Assembly (NCBI GenBank): GCA_964188305.1 | Contig: OZ076899.1 | Source: Podarcis bocagei | Lineage: Eukaryota | Strand: one strand, 5' to 3' | Length of the DNA: 64,000 nt | In this document: positions 36,401-47,830 of the stretch, piece by piece | How the letters are laid out: each line of letters opens with the position of its first letter | Position numbering within the stretch: position 1 is the first letter of the stretch | Translations under genes and position numbers: made by a program | The notes under the pieces: model-generated | What the model was told of the DNA's origin: nothing | Databases searched by the model: none | What the model saw: the letters and a program-made list of their open reading frames with translations, nothing else

Positions 36401-39400
36401 CCAGATCCGGCCCGCCAGGGTCCTAAATCCAACCCACACAGCCATTGCAGAACCCAAAAGAGAGGAGGAAGCGGGGGAGGGGGGAAAGGAGGGTGTTTAT
36501 GAGGCGCCCTTGGAGGCTGGCTCTTCATTCATGTGGTGCGCCACTGCCGCCTGCCTCAGCCCTCCCACTCCTCCTCAGTTGGGTTGCCCTCCTCCTGCGA
36601 ATGGTAGGGGGGGCACAGCGGGGCTGGACCATGCAGTGGCAGCAGAGCCTACTTCCTGTGAGGAGAAATGGGGGGGGGTCGCCTTCTCAACCCCCCTCAC
36701 TTGAATGGGCAGGTGTTTTGTTTTTTGGGGGTGGGGGAGGAAAGGCAAGGAGGGTTCTCCCCTCCCACAACTACTTCCCTCCTAACGGTCGGGAAAGGGG
36801 AGGGGGTGAGCTGGATGTTTAGGGGGTGCTGCCAGGCGAGAGGTGGTGTGGAGCGAACACCCCCCTTCCCCAATGCTGCTCAGGCCCCCTGCTGACAAGC
36901 TGCGTGGTCTCCACCGCCAGCCCTCGACTGCCACAGCCTTGTGGTGGGATCGCAGGCATCTCTTTCCCTCCCTCCTGCCCCCACAGCAATATCTCACCCT
37001 TTCCCCTTCAAAGGTGTGTGTATTGAAATGGGTGTTTGTGTGTAACAGCACATTTTCGTAGCCTTCGGTGGCCCCACCCCAAAATATTATATGCAAATGC
37101 AGACACTTCGAGATGGGATCCCCCTACCCCACCTTATCCCCCCCCCCAGCTTAGGCCTGGCTTGTTTATGTTGATTAAAATTGTTCTTCATTTTAAATAT
37201 TGTATTGTTTTTCCTGTTTTTTGTGCACTACAAATAAAATACGTGCAGTGTGCATAGAAATTTGTTCATATTTTTTTCAAACTGTAGTCTGGCCCCCAAC
37301 AGTGTCTGAGGGACAGTGAACTGGCCCCCTGTTTAAAAAGTCTGAGGACCCAATACAAACATAAAACGCCAGTGGAGTGCAGCATCTCCAAGCTGCCCAT
37401 TTGGAGCTGTCCATGGTGCTGCGACTGCAGCCTGAGGCTGCTTCCTAGCCCCCAACTTGGACTCCCCCCACCCAACTTGGAGGAGCCCATTGTGCCCCAT
37501 AGACTCTCCCTTGGGGCTGGGTCAGATGCCACTAGCATCCCAGTGCACTGTAGGAAAGAGTAAGGCTGGCAGCAGGCAGAGCTCTGCTCCTATTTCTGAA
37601 GCCACCAGGAGACAGCACATCACCCCAGAAGCCTCCCTCAAAGCTGACAGTAGGTCTGGGCACAAATACAAATCTCAAAAATTAAGATAAACAAGATGGG
37701 CACTGACCTTTGACCTCTGATGAAAAATGTGCAAGATGACGCGTAACAAACAGTCTCAGTTGCTGATTAAGGTCACAGGAAGAGAGGTCAATGTCCCATG
37801 AGCGAAGACCTGTTGAGACAAAGGGAGAGAGGAATGAGTTCATGTGCTCTCCTGGAAGAGACCAAAGCTGTACATTGTGATTCAGAGGAACACAGGCCTG
37901 GCTTGTACCTTGGGTGAGGAAGTGGGTTCGACCACCCAGTAGGAACAAGAGTCCTTTTCTGTGCATTGGATGCTTTGCTCCTTGCATGAGAGTCCAACTC
38001 TAGTCCAAGCTTCTACTGCCTAATCACTTTCCCAAAGCCCCTGAGCATCCTGATAGCCTCAGAGTTTGCTCTTTAATCCATGTAATCTATGAGGGCTAAT
38101 CACCTTCCTATCCCAGCAGGGTGCTCAGTCTGTCCTTCCAAACAGCAGTTTAGCCTCTCCAGGTAATCCATGTGGCTTCCCCATCGTGATGTGGGAGTCA
38201 CCTTCAGGTCCATGAGGTGAGTTTCTTCCACACTGTCCAGCGAATATTCCTTCAGAGGGACTGTTTGCCTCAGTCACCTGGCACCATGGAAAGCTGAAGA
38301 ATGGGCTTGTGTATGTCCTATTTCATTTAGCACAGATTTATACTACACTGCAGTGATGTACACTGCATTGACCAGCTTCATCAATGCTGATCAGCTTCAT
38401 CGATGTTGCCTTGCTGACCAAAGCAGTTTTAGTCCTAAAAGCAGACTGGAAGTGAGATTAAATAAGTCCACATCATCAGCACCATTTAGGAATATTTGGA
38501 GCCAGGTCCTTACCACCAATTCAAGCACCTGTATCAATGAGTAAGGCTGGACACACAAAGAACTGGAAGGTACCTCAGCTCAGCCTCACTTGTCAGTCTA
38601 CTGCTAAAGCATTTATGATGGGTGACCATACAATTTGCACTAAAAAACCTATAATCAAGGAGAGCCCCCCCACCTTCCAAGGCAGTCTCTTCCACCATTG
38701 AAAGCTCTTTCTAACGGTTAGTAGAAATCCCGTTTCCTACAATTTTAACCTATTAGTTCAGGTCCTATTCTCTGGAGAAATAAATTGCTCCATTATCTAT
38801 GTGACACTCTTTAAGTATATGAACATGGTTTTGTCTCATCTCACCTCTTAGTTGTCTCTTCTCCTGGCTACACATACCCAACCTCCTTCCTCATAGGATG
38901 TGGTTCCCAGGGGCCTCACCATCTTTGTTGCCCATTTCTGGGCACACTCCAGTTGGGCACTCCTTCAGCTGCTGTGCCCACCACAGCTGGACACAGGTAG
39001 GTCTAGATGAGGTCTGACCAAAGCAGAATAGGGTGCCATCATTAGTTTTGTGCTGTGGACATTTTATACTTAGTTAATGCAGTCTAGAACTATATTGGCT
39101 TTTTTAGTTACTGCATTGGATTGCTGATTTATATTTAGCTCATGGTGATGGTCCAAGGAAGGTTTATTTGGCAGCAGCTTCCAACAGAGCACAGAAGTGG
39201 GAAACTTTGTCTCTCCATGCATCCTGTCTTCACCTTCTGGCTGCAACAACTGAAACTCATCCAAGCAAGTGCTACCAGATGCAGCCAAGGCAGCAGCCCA
39301 TATTTTTACAGTATTCAAAGCAGAACCCAATTTGAAGTTATTGGCAAGTAAATTACAGTGGGTTACTGAAGATTTATGACCACAAGCTCCCTGGAGTACC

Positions 39401-42400
39401 AGGGGACTGACCTGGAGCTAAAGTATTATTTTTTTCCTAACACTATTGGGCTTAATTTGCTTGAATAGACCGGGGGTGGGGAGAATACCTTTCAGTGCAA
39501 TGGGGCACCCTGAATGAAATGCATCTCTTCTACCCTGGGCTATCTAGCCTCAGGTTCTGGTCAAAATTGTACACAGAATATTCCAATTTCAGTAAAGACT
39601 AAAGGAACTGGGACAATAAAGAATGAAACTGGGACCACCCAAGTCAGGCTCTCTGGCTGTCCTTTCTAAGGTTATTTAAAATGTACAAGACATACACACA
39701 AGAAGCATGTATGTTCAATTTGATAATGACAGAACAATTTAAGACCAAACAATATGTACTAATTTCAGTTGCATACATTGTAATCTATACTCCATACAAA
39801 ACCAATTTCCTCATTATGTTCCCTAACATTCAGTTTATCATGGTGCTGCTGGAATGAATGAAGTGAAATAGTGGGAATCAGGAAAACGTCCCTCAAGGAC
39901 CTTCCAGTCTTCCTTGAATTTAGGAGAGGAGCTAAAAGTTCTTTTTTTAAAAAGCTATTTTTATTAAAGCTTGAAAAACAAACAAGGAATAAACAATATA
40001 AAGAATTCAGCATTAAATTTCCAGCATTTTTAAACATAAAAGCTAAAATAAATAAGTTACAGAAAAAGAAGGAAAAAAGAAAAGATTTCCAATTCTCCAT
40101 CTATTAGTTTTAAAAGCTTGTGCAAAAACTTACTCCATAATAACATCCAACTCTTCTACTTTACATAAACCAACTTTTTTCAGTCTTCAAAATGTCAACA
40201 ATGATTTTTCTCTAACATGTCAACTTTGCAATCTCAGCCAAATCCATTAATTTCAATAACCATTCTTTCATAGTAGGTAATAGTAAGTTCTTCTGTCTTT
40301 GTTGTGCTTATTAAAATCTTACTGCTGTGATCATATATTGTATTCCATATTCTTTTTCTAGTTGTACAGCCATTAGTCCCAGCAGGAAGAGCTCTGGTTT
40401 CAGTTGAACAAGAGGAGCAAATAGTTCTGAATAGGTGTCAGAGGTCAGTAATGGATTGGATGGGGGCTTATATACTATGTGAGTCCAGGCAAGGCAGAAC
40501 TGCTGTGGAGAGGAATTTCATCTAAGCCAGAATGGTATAGAAGTTAGAGTGTCAGACTAGGACCTGGGAGACCAGGGTTCAAATCCCTAATTGGCCATGA
40601 TGCTCACTGGGTAACCAGGGGCCATCACTGCTTCTCAACCTAACCTACCTCACAAGGCTGTTGTGGGAGTTAAATGAAGAAGGAGGGGTACGATGTACAC
40701 CACCTCAAATTCCATGGAGGAAATGGAGAGTTATAAATGCAATAAATTAATAAACAAATAAAATGTGACTAGGAAGACAGTTTTGGCCTGTTCTGAATGA
40801 GATTATACACCACTTAAGGATCAAGCCCAGAATTTTGGAGTGCTGTTAAATCCTTCTAATAGTTTGGATATCCTGGGACATCTGCATCATCAGACTAGTC
40901 AGGTTCACTAGCTGTGACCCCTTGCCACTATTGCCCATACTATGCCCATCTATCTTTAGATTATATTTGAAGACAATGCAGAAATGTAAAATGCTGCAGT
41001 TTAGGTTATTGTTGGTACTAGTAATGAGGAACACACAATTATGTTCAAAAGTAGCTCCAGATTTCCTATTTCCCTAGGTAAACTGCTAGTCTTAACCCTT
41101 AAAATCATTTATGCCTTAGAACCTTGGTATCTGGAAGACCACCTACTCCTATGCAAACCTTCCTTTGCCTGCAGAAGCAAGGCAGGTGGTAGCTGGAGAG
41201 ATTATGTCCCATCACTGCAATGCCCTCCATATACAGCTGCTCCACATGTTTGCTAAGTTTTCAGTGCCAGATAAAGACTGTTTCATTTGTAGGAGCTTTT
41301 CATGAGCAACATTTTAATTTTATTTGCTGAATTGTGTACAGCCTGTTTTATTTTCCTTGTTATGCTGTCCAACTTATTTTATTTCCACTGATCTTCTGAG
41401 TTAAAAATTAATAATAATGTGATATTCCATTTACAGTACATTGTGCTCTGTTTTACCAGCATTGTGCGTTGCTTTAGAAATTATTTAAATTTAAAAACAA
41501 GAGATATGCATTTTTGAAATTAAATAAGAATAAAGCAATGCCCTTCCAGACTTACAAAGACAGCCCCTCTCCACAAACCCTGCAGTGTAAGACTGCTTTA
41601 AAAAGATTCAGCCAACCACAGGGGAGGAAAATAAAAGAAAAGGAGGTGATTTCCATATTTCCAAAGGAGGAGTCAACCACAGTGGCAATTCTTCTTTCAT
41701 TCCCTTGAAATGACCCATCCACATTGACAAGGTGCTACAAATATCACCCTAAGGAGAGACAAGAGGGCTGCCTTTACTCCATTTCTGGAGAATGCCAGGT
41801 AAGAAAAGAGCCCTCACCTACTTCCTGCTCACCAAGGAGGCACTTTCATGCTGCCCCTGCTTCACACTCACTGCAGAGAGAAAGTCCAGGAACTAGCAGG
41901 AAAGAAAGCTGCACTGCAGCACCAACTACACACCACAGCAGCCGCAGCAGCAGAAGCAGCCACTACCTGCCTCTTTCCAAGCTTGCCTCCATCTAATCCC
42001 CTTATGTGCAGCAAGAAAGATGTGGGTTTCCCATAAGTTGCTGAAAATCAGAGCTGCAACTAGGAGGTCCTTGAATAGCACTGCAGTGTCAATCCCATGA
42101 CACTGATTTGCATTCTTGGGGGAGGGCCAATATGGGACATTTTGCTGGCAGCAGCTGGGCAAGCACCAGCCACACCCTCCAGGCTGCAGAGAAGGGGAAC
42201 CTTCCTCACTTACCTGGATACATGGTCAGTGGGGTTGCATGCCTTTCCCCCCTGCCAGGCTGGAGTTCCTGAGGATAGAGGGCATTAAGGGTTCCACCCC
42301 AGCTATAAAGCCTTATTGGGAGTGCACTTACTGTCTCATTCCTTATGCCCTTTGCAGGAATGATTACAGTATATGCTTTGTATTTGTTTACTCCTAGCTT

Positions 42401-44095
42401 TATACTCCACCAGTTCAAGCAGCAGCATTGTGCCAGATAGAAATACAACTACAAGTCAGTTTTCTTAAGAAAAAGTCATACCAGATGAACTTCATCTACC
42501 TCCCCCTTTTTACAGCTAACTTGATAGAACAGGGGGAAGTTACGAGATGTAGTATAGCTTGTTTTCAGCAAGGCTTTCAACAAGCTCCTCCACAATATTC
42601 TTGTTGACAAGCTGCTAAAATGTGTGATAGACTAAGCTTGGGGACTCTTGGATTCAGGGGCAGAATAGAGACTTCCAGAACTCCTTATCCAACTCTTTAG
42701 ACTTTCCCCAAGCCAAAACCCTCAAGGGCTCTGGATCCAGTTCCTCCTATAGGGCTTTTGCCTGGCTGAAATGTGTCCTTGAACTGTCTCTGTGGATGGA
42801 GAAGGGTGTGTGGGGAAATCATTGGCTTGATTGTGGCAGGGCTGTAGTCTATTGTACTAAGAAGAGTCACATCTGTTGCTTATTTTGCTTCTAGTCCTGC
42901 CCACCTTTGACAAACAGTTCCCAGAATGCTGCCTATGAAGGTTCCCCACCCCCACATGAAAGACACTGTTAGGCAGATGTGTAGCTAATGGCTCAACAAC
43001 TTTGTATAAGAGACTTGGACACAAAAGAGTAGAGAAAATGTTCATCAAATCAGTAGATAACACCAAACCAACAAAATTCAAGGTGAGTCTAGCATGATGA
43101 AGAACTGAACCAAAGTAACAAGTTTAATTTCAACACAGATAAATGCAACATTATGCATTTAGGTAGGAAAATCAAGACACACAAGTACAGGATGGAAAGC
43201 ACCTGGCTTGACAGTAGAGCCAGGTTTCTTAGCACACCATGAGCTAAAAATGAGCCAGCAATGTGATGCTGCTACTAAAAAGGCTAATACAATTCTAGGC
43301 TACAACGGAAACATAGTGTCTGGATCATGAGAAGCTATGGGATCGCTAAATTCTGCTTTGGTCAGCCTTCAGCTGGAGTCCTGTACTTCTGGGCACTGCA
43401 GCAGTTTAAGAATAAAGGACTAACAGACGAAAACGATGACAGTTCCCGGGCTCTCCCATAGATGACAGAGCAAATTTGTCTTCAGTCACTCCCGAACCGG
43501 CAAGATCAAAATGGCAAGACTGACCGCCAGGTGGATCTTCCAGGGAACGGCGCCTCGGGAGCTCCTGCCCAGGTGGCAGCGGGCAAGGAGAAGGGTCCGG
43601 GCCAGAAGAAGCCGCCCCGCTCAGCGAGCTTCCTAGGCAGGTCCTGCGGCGGCGGCTGGGCCTGGCGACCCGCTTTCCCTTCCTCCTCTTGGCGGCCAGT
43701 GTCCCGCCCCCTCCCCGCCACAGACTCTCCAGGGATGGGGATGCCGCCGCTCTTGGGAATTCCGGTCCAGGGAGCGCCGCGCCAGGGCGAGATCCAACCG
43801 GTCACGCGCCCCTCAGGTGTTCCCGACGGCGGCGACACAGCAAGCCCTCTCCAGGGTGCTGAACGCGCAGGCGGCGGCGGCGGCTTCCGGCAGGCCTCCC
43901 CCTCTCTCTCCCTCCCTCCCTCCGCCCGTCCTTACCGCGCTCGAGGCTCCGGCGCAGCGTTTCCCGCTCTTGCTCGGTGCCGACCTCGCCGATCACGGCA
44001 AGCACCGCGTGGCCCCGCCGCTGCCTCCCCCGCCTCTCGCTGCCGGGCGCCGCCGGCGTCTCCATGGCGACAGGCCCGGCCGCCGGCGTCCCCAT
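11756..44095 (-). CDS. MAP1A: MAP1A, microtubule-associated protein 1A precursor (heavy chain + LC2); exons 44095-43936, 37809-37708, 23300-23218, 22646-22506, 21975-13638, 12661-12429, 11911-11756; 9213 nt, 3070 aa
   Basis: MDGVSEFAEYVSETVDVPSPFDLLEPPTSGGFLKLSKPCCYIFPGGRGD, KKE-repeat microtubule-binding region, and C-terminal VDLAYIPNHC...QDESFPACKIEF are MAP1-family hallmarks. Position between TP53BP1 and PPIP5K1 identifies MAP1A. Phases are consistent over all six GT-AG introns. Confidence 0.96.
12429..12661 (-). CDS. MAP1A: MAP1A exon 6 (...PPIYVDLAYIPNHCSGK...WGENLQ)
   Basis: Acceptor ccctaag gives the required phase 1; donor gtatgg. Confidence 0.92.
13638..21975 (-). CDS. MAP1A: MAP1A giant exon 5 (8338 nt)
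   Basis: ORF 13453..21924 trimmed and extended to the ttgtag acceptor and G|gtaag donor. Confidence 0.96.
22506..22646 (-). CDS. MAP1A: MAP1A exon 4 (VRSLICDPSAYKLLVLSGQ...ILADPE)
   Basis: 141 nt, aaacag acceptor and gtaaat donor, MAP1 N-terminal homology. Confidence 0.92.
23218..23300 (-). CDS. MAP1A: MAP1A exon 3 (GQRTLHHQSEDLDTVILVNPDEQSTVSE)
   Basis: 83 nt, ccctag acceptor and gtaaag donor. Confidence 0.92.
23899..23928. repeat. (GT)15 microsatellite
   Basis: Seen directly. Confidence 0.95.
24101..24144. repeat. (GT)15(GC)7 compound microsatellite
   Basis: Seen directly; 44 bp of alternating purine-pyrimidine. Confidence 0.95.
25540..26050 (-). mobile_element. degenerate L2-like LINE 3' remnant
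   Basis: Pattern gaattccaaag...gccactcctaaaaaggcc...ccatttaggg...ttttaaattgagcccagaagca resembles antisense L2 3' ends; recognised by eye. Confidence 0.4.
27280..27660 (+). mobile_element. L2-like LINE reverse transcriptase remnant
   Basis: Degenerate YADDTQLY (tatgtggaggacacccaactctat) and NKxxLNPxKT (aacaaaatgatgcttaatcccaacaagaca). Confidence 0.65.
27715..28075 (+). mobile_element. CR1 LINE ORF2 C-terminal remnant
   Basis: LVQPHLEYCVLFW...KLEKVQ motif. Confidence 0.75.
28076..28600 (+). mobile_element. L1-clade LINE 3' fragment (ORF2 C-terminus + AT-rich 3'UTR)
   Basis: KTQDLPTREEWQMKLMDYMELAEITGRI*DQGEESVEEDWKKFKDYL, stop at 28246-28248, then a purine-rich and a (TTG)-rich tail. Confidence 0.75.
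29130..29320 (-). mobile_element. tRNA-derived SINE (Squam3-like), degenerate
   Basis: ggaagcagttgccttatacagaaccagacc...cctgggaccttttgca; similar copies at 50600 and 53300. Confidence 0.55.
29960..30310 (+). mobile_element. CR1 LINE 3' end remnant
   Basis: gacaaaagg...ttcacacag...ggacaacttcatggag...ggccactgtgagaacag. Confidence 0.55.
30370..30405. repeat. (AG)n microsatellite
   Basis: Seen directly. Confidence 0.95.
30500..31600 (-). promoter_or_regulatory. intragenic CpG island in MAP1A intron 2; candidate alternative promoter / non-coding first exon
   Basis: CpG-rich island in otherwise CpG-poor intron; GC boxes near 31514 and 31531; possible donor GG|gtacgt at 31390/31389. Confidence 0.6.
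34640..34782 (+). mobile_element. CR1 LINE 3' terminal fragment
   Basis: ggggttggactagatgacc...ttccaactctacaattctatgattcta (CR1 octamer tail). Confidence 0.8.
36373..37351. mobile_element. non-autonomous hAT DNA transposon (about 1 kb)
   Basis: Left end CAGGGGTCCTCGAACT; right end AGTCTGAGGACCC (inverted match, last bases lost); GGCCC subterminal motifs. Confidence 0.75.
37708..37809 (-). CDS. MAP1A: MAP1A exon 2 (GLRSWDIDLSSCDLNQQLRLFVTRHLAHFSSEVK)
   Basis: 102 nt, caacag acceptor and gtcagt donor, MAP1-family motif. Confidence 0.93.
38560..39145 (-). mobile_element. CR1 LINE remnant
   Basis: HELNINQQSNAVTKKANIVLDCIN on -; LVRPHL-like segment. Confidence 0.7.
39943..40410 (-). mobile_element. 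5'-truncated L1-clade LINE with target-site duplication
   Basis: Minus strand gives LKPELFLLGL...YMITA...LPTMKEWLLKLMDLAEIAKLT; AATAAA and A-tail at the left end; flanking direct repeats at 39925-39942 and 40411-40428. Confidence 0.8.
40533..40760 (+). mobile_element. tRNA-derived SINE
   Basis: B-box GGTTCAAATCC near 40576, CORE-like body, A-rich tail. Confidence 0.7.
40770..41300 (+). mobile_element. degenerate L2-like remnant
   Basis: Degenerate L2 3' coding-like segments; recognised by eye. Confidence 0.35.
42490..43420 (+). mobile_element. interrupted CR1 LINE RT remnants
   Basis: DVVxLxFSKAF-like segment near 42545; KCxxMHLG and SQQCDAATKKANTILG at 43140-43300. Confidence 0.65.
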
Positions 44096-44800
44096 AGCAA
44101 CTGGTTCCCAACTCCGCAGATGCCGCAGCGGCCTCCTGCGCGCACCTCTTAAGGGGAGAGCCGGCCGCGCGCGGATTGGCTCCTCAGAACGCACGTGCCC
44201 CACGAGGCGCTGGGGCGGGGGTTCCCGTGGCCCCGCCCCCAGAGGCCGTCCCCGCCCACCTACCCATGCGTGCTTAGGATAAGCAGGGCGTGGGCGGAGT
44301 CACAGAAGGGGCGGGGCTCTTTCCACTCCCCGCGTCGAACGGGCTGGGAGGGGCGGGGCGGAATTGCATCTTCCTTCTACTCTCCTGGAGGGGGAGATAG
44401 ATATACACGCTCCTTCCAGGACCCGAGGCGATCCCGGCCGCTGTCCTGCAGCCCAACAGGCGCTTATCTCTGTTAGCGGAGCCTCCTCCCCCACGCGCCC
44501 GGGTTTGATCCAGCTTTTGCTCCTGCTGCTGGGCTCCGGTGATGTACCCCCAGCCGGCACCGAGGAATGAGGGCGACCCTTCCCTCTTTCCATCGGGTGG
44601 GGCAAGGGAGAGCGAACCCCTTTGCCTGCCGCAAGAAGGCGATCCCTCCCCGCCGGCCCGAGGTCTGCCCCCCCCCCCCCAGTCAGGCCAGCGGCCTCCA
44701 AACGAGCGGAGGTGGGGAAGCTGCCCTTGCCCCCAGCTGCAGCGCCTGTCTACAATGCAGAGTGCGGGGTGGCAACCCGCGGGCGGGACCTTGGAATTCT
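43500..44800 (-). promoter_or_regulatory. MAP1A 5' CpG-island promoter with CCAAT box, GC boxes and two X-boxes
   Basis: CpG-dense. ATTGG near 44175 (CCAAT on -); GGGGCGGGG motifs near 44212, 44232, 44308, 44351; X-box-like 14-mers at 44058-44071 and 44088-44101. Confidence 0.8.
43936..44095 (-). CDS. MAP1A: MAP1A exon 1 coding part (MGTPAAGPVAMETP...HAVLAVIGEVGTEQERETLRRSLER)
   Basis: In a CpG island; in-frame ATGs at 44095 and 44065 in good Kozak context; G|gtaagg donor in phase with exon 2. Confidence 0.85.
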
Positions 44801-44929
44801 GGTGACCCTATAGCCCTCCTCCCTCAGAAGGGCAGCCCTGACAGCCAGTTCCCCAACCTTCCTCTTTTACCTCCACGCTGGCGGCAGGTGTCCATCCCCA
44901 AGGGGCTGCATGTTCTTGGCACGGCAGAA

Positions 44930-45460
44930 GGTGGTGCTGAGCATTGGGGGCTTCTTAGCTTAGAAAAGAAGAAAGGCAGCAGAGGAGTGATAGATAATTA
45001 TACATGGTGTGGAGAAAGGGGACAACTGCCCTTTGGCTTTTTTCAAAATACTAGATCCTAGGGACATACAGTGAAGCTGAACACTGGAAGATTCAGGTCA
45101 GACAAAAGGAAGAATTTTTTACACGGCACGTAGTTAAATGATGGAATTCACTTCCACAACAATAATTTAATTTTAAAAATATTATTTATATGCCACCCAT
45201 CTGACTGGGTTGCCCCAACCACTCTGGGCAGTTTCTAGAAAATTATAAAACCACAGTAAAACATTGCACACTATAGGTGTGGCGATGGACCAGAACTCAG
45301 ATGCCTTTGAAAGGACATAAGAAAATATGGAAGACAATCACCTTGTGTTTTGCCTGTTGTCAGACACTCATTGGGACACCTGATTGGTCACTGTGGGAAA
45401 TCAGATGCTGGACCAAATGAGTCTCCTTTGGTCCGATCCAACAGGGCACTTCCTAGCTCT
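44930..45460 (+). mobile_element. CR1 LINE 3' remnant with nested short repeat tail
   Basis: LGLLSLEKKK..., ttcaggtcagacaaaaggaag, and 3'UTR ggtcactgtgggaaatcagatgctggacc. Confidence 0.65.
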
Positions 45461-47139
45461 TTTTCTTCAAAGAACCTGAAGTGGGCTGCTAATTTAAGCA
45501 GGGAAACAGCACTGAGGGGAGAGCTTTTAATTCTCTCCCCCTGCCCTTTCCTGAATTGTAAGAATATTCCATATGCTTGCATATGCCCCACTGGAGAGGA
45601 GGGTAAATACAAGCACCTGTTGCCCCACACCTTTTGCCAGAGGGAGACGACGTGGGACAGGTACAAATAGCATATGTTCACCAGTGCAATTTCAGTCAAA
45701 GTAGCAACTATTCTGAAGAAAATAAAAAGACACCAGGTGATCAGATTATACACCTCCCATCTTTGTTGTAAAACAAGGAAGCAAAGGCAGGGACAGCAAT
45801 AGAACTTGCAGGACCAAGGACAGTTCCCAACAGCAAATAACTTTCTCCAAATGGTTTCAAGAGCTGAGTACTCCTGATTTTCCATCTCCCAATCTTATTG
45901 CCTTTCACAGTCTTTTCGACAGTTCATATCTATATAGTATCTTTACTGCTATATCCTAGTTTGTTATTAACCAATAAATTATGTTCTGTATCAGGGCACC
46001 CAGCTCCTCTGGATGGATGATCATGGGGCCTCTGGTGTTCCCTTGTGATCAGTGTCTGATCAATGCTTCAGACCAAAGACAAGACAGGGGCCTCTAGTTA
46101 TAGATTATCTATCTGGTATTGATCCAGGATTAAATTCCTGTTCAGGGAGCTGGAGTCCAGTATCATATGAAGGAGCAGAGGTTGCCCACCTCTGGTGGTA
46201 TGAGGAGTCTCAAACTTGGCCTGAGCTCCTTAGAGGAAAAGAGGAAAGGAAGGAAATAATGTGAAATAAGTCAAAATCCACAAATGTCCATATATCTGTA
46301 TCGCTCTCTATCTATTTGACAGCCACAGTGCAAGACTCTCCATTCCTGAAGTGTGTAAGTTACTACAGTAACTGGAATACACTGAGGCTAGACCAATTAA
46401 GGCTGTGCTCCTGTGGACATTTACCTGCACGCAGGTTTCATTGATTTTAGTGGGTTTCAAAGTAAACATGCCTTTTATCAGGCTGTATTTATTCAACAAA
46501 TCTCTTTCTCTTACCCAACAAAACTCCTTAGTGAGCAAACAAAATGTGATTGAACGGGGATTCAGCAGCAACTGAATAAGAGCCTAACTATATTTCTTCC
46601 AAAATCTAACTGCTTCAATTTTAATTGGGGGAAAAAGCTCTTTCTTCAAAGTAATTATTTATGGAGGCAATGTACAAAGACCAGTATTTCCTGTTTTACC
46701 TATCATGCAGGACCTGGTTCCAGAGCCATCTCTTTCTCTTCCAGGAGTAAATGGCATCATAGAGAATTGATGCTTAGAAGGAAGGCAGCTCCTGCCCAGC
46801 TCTGCTTCTTTTAGTTTTGGAATACCAGCATTTATTGCAGGAGAAACCAACTATAGAACAAAAATGTCGTCTCTTAACAGGTAAAGAACATTCTGTTTAT
46901 TTTAAGAAACAGACTAACTTTTCTTCTTTCTCCTTCAGGTGTTTTGTTTAAAGGGAACAGGCTGCAGACTGGTCTCCAGAGCAGGGTGGGCAAGGCTTCT
47001 TCCTAGGATGCAAAACACATCTCTGATGACAAAACCAGAGGTAGCTCTTCTCCTCCCTATGTAGCACCTCAGCATTTTAAAATGTGACACAGTAGGGAGG
47101 GGCAATCATCTGGTCCCTCTGGCTCAGAAACTGGCAATT

Positions 47140-47490
47140 AGGTATGTAGGAAGAGCCTTGCTGCTGGATCAGGCCAAAGGCCCTCCTAATTCAACATCCT
47201 GTTTTCACAATAACCGACCAGTTGCCCCAATGGGAAGCCCACAAGCAGAACTTGAGGGTAACAGGACTCTTCCCACTTGTAATTCCCAGCAATTGGTATA
47301 AAAAGTCATATAGAAGAGCATTACAAAGCATAAAAAATAACAAGTCTTGCTGAAGATGAATCAGCATGGCTTCTCCATGCACACGGAACTTATACCCAGA
47401 ACAAACTTAGTTGGTCTCTAATTTTTTTTATTTTATATATATATATTGACTGCGTCAGACCAACATGGCTACCTACCTGAATCATTAACC
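47140..47490. mobile_element. antisense CR1-type 3'UTR followed by a Penelope-like terminal fragment
   Basis: ctggatcaggccaaaggccc...catcctgttttcaca; aacaaacttagttggtctctaa...gaccaacatggctacctacctgaa. Confidence 0.5.
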
Positions 47491-47559
47491 TTTCAGAGTG
47501 TCAATAACTACATTTTTGATTATGTGATTGACACTCTAAAGGTGTTATCTGGTAGACAT

Positions 47560-47830
47560 TGTGTACTTGGAAGAAATGGGATTCCCCAGATATCTGTACT
47601 GGGACCGTGCTATTTAATTGCTTCATAAGTGATATGGAGTCAGGATGAACATTGAGGTGGTCAAATATGCTGATGACACCTAGTTATTCAGGATGTTAAA
47701 AGCAAAACGGGATAGTAAAGAGCTCCAAATGGATATTTTCAATCTGGGGGAAGGGGCATTAAATTTGCAACACTGCTTCAGTGTAAGCAAATGTAAAATG
47801 ATGCACATGGGTAAAAAATCCTATCTTTAC
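47560..47830 (+). mobile_element. CR1 LINE RT core remnant
   Basis: GIPQISVLGP, KYADDT, FSVSKCKMMHMG. Confidence 0.8.
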
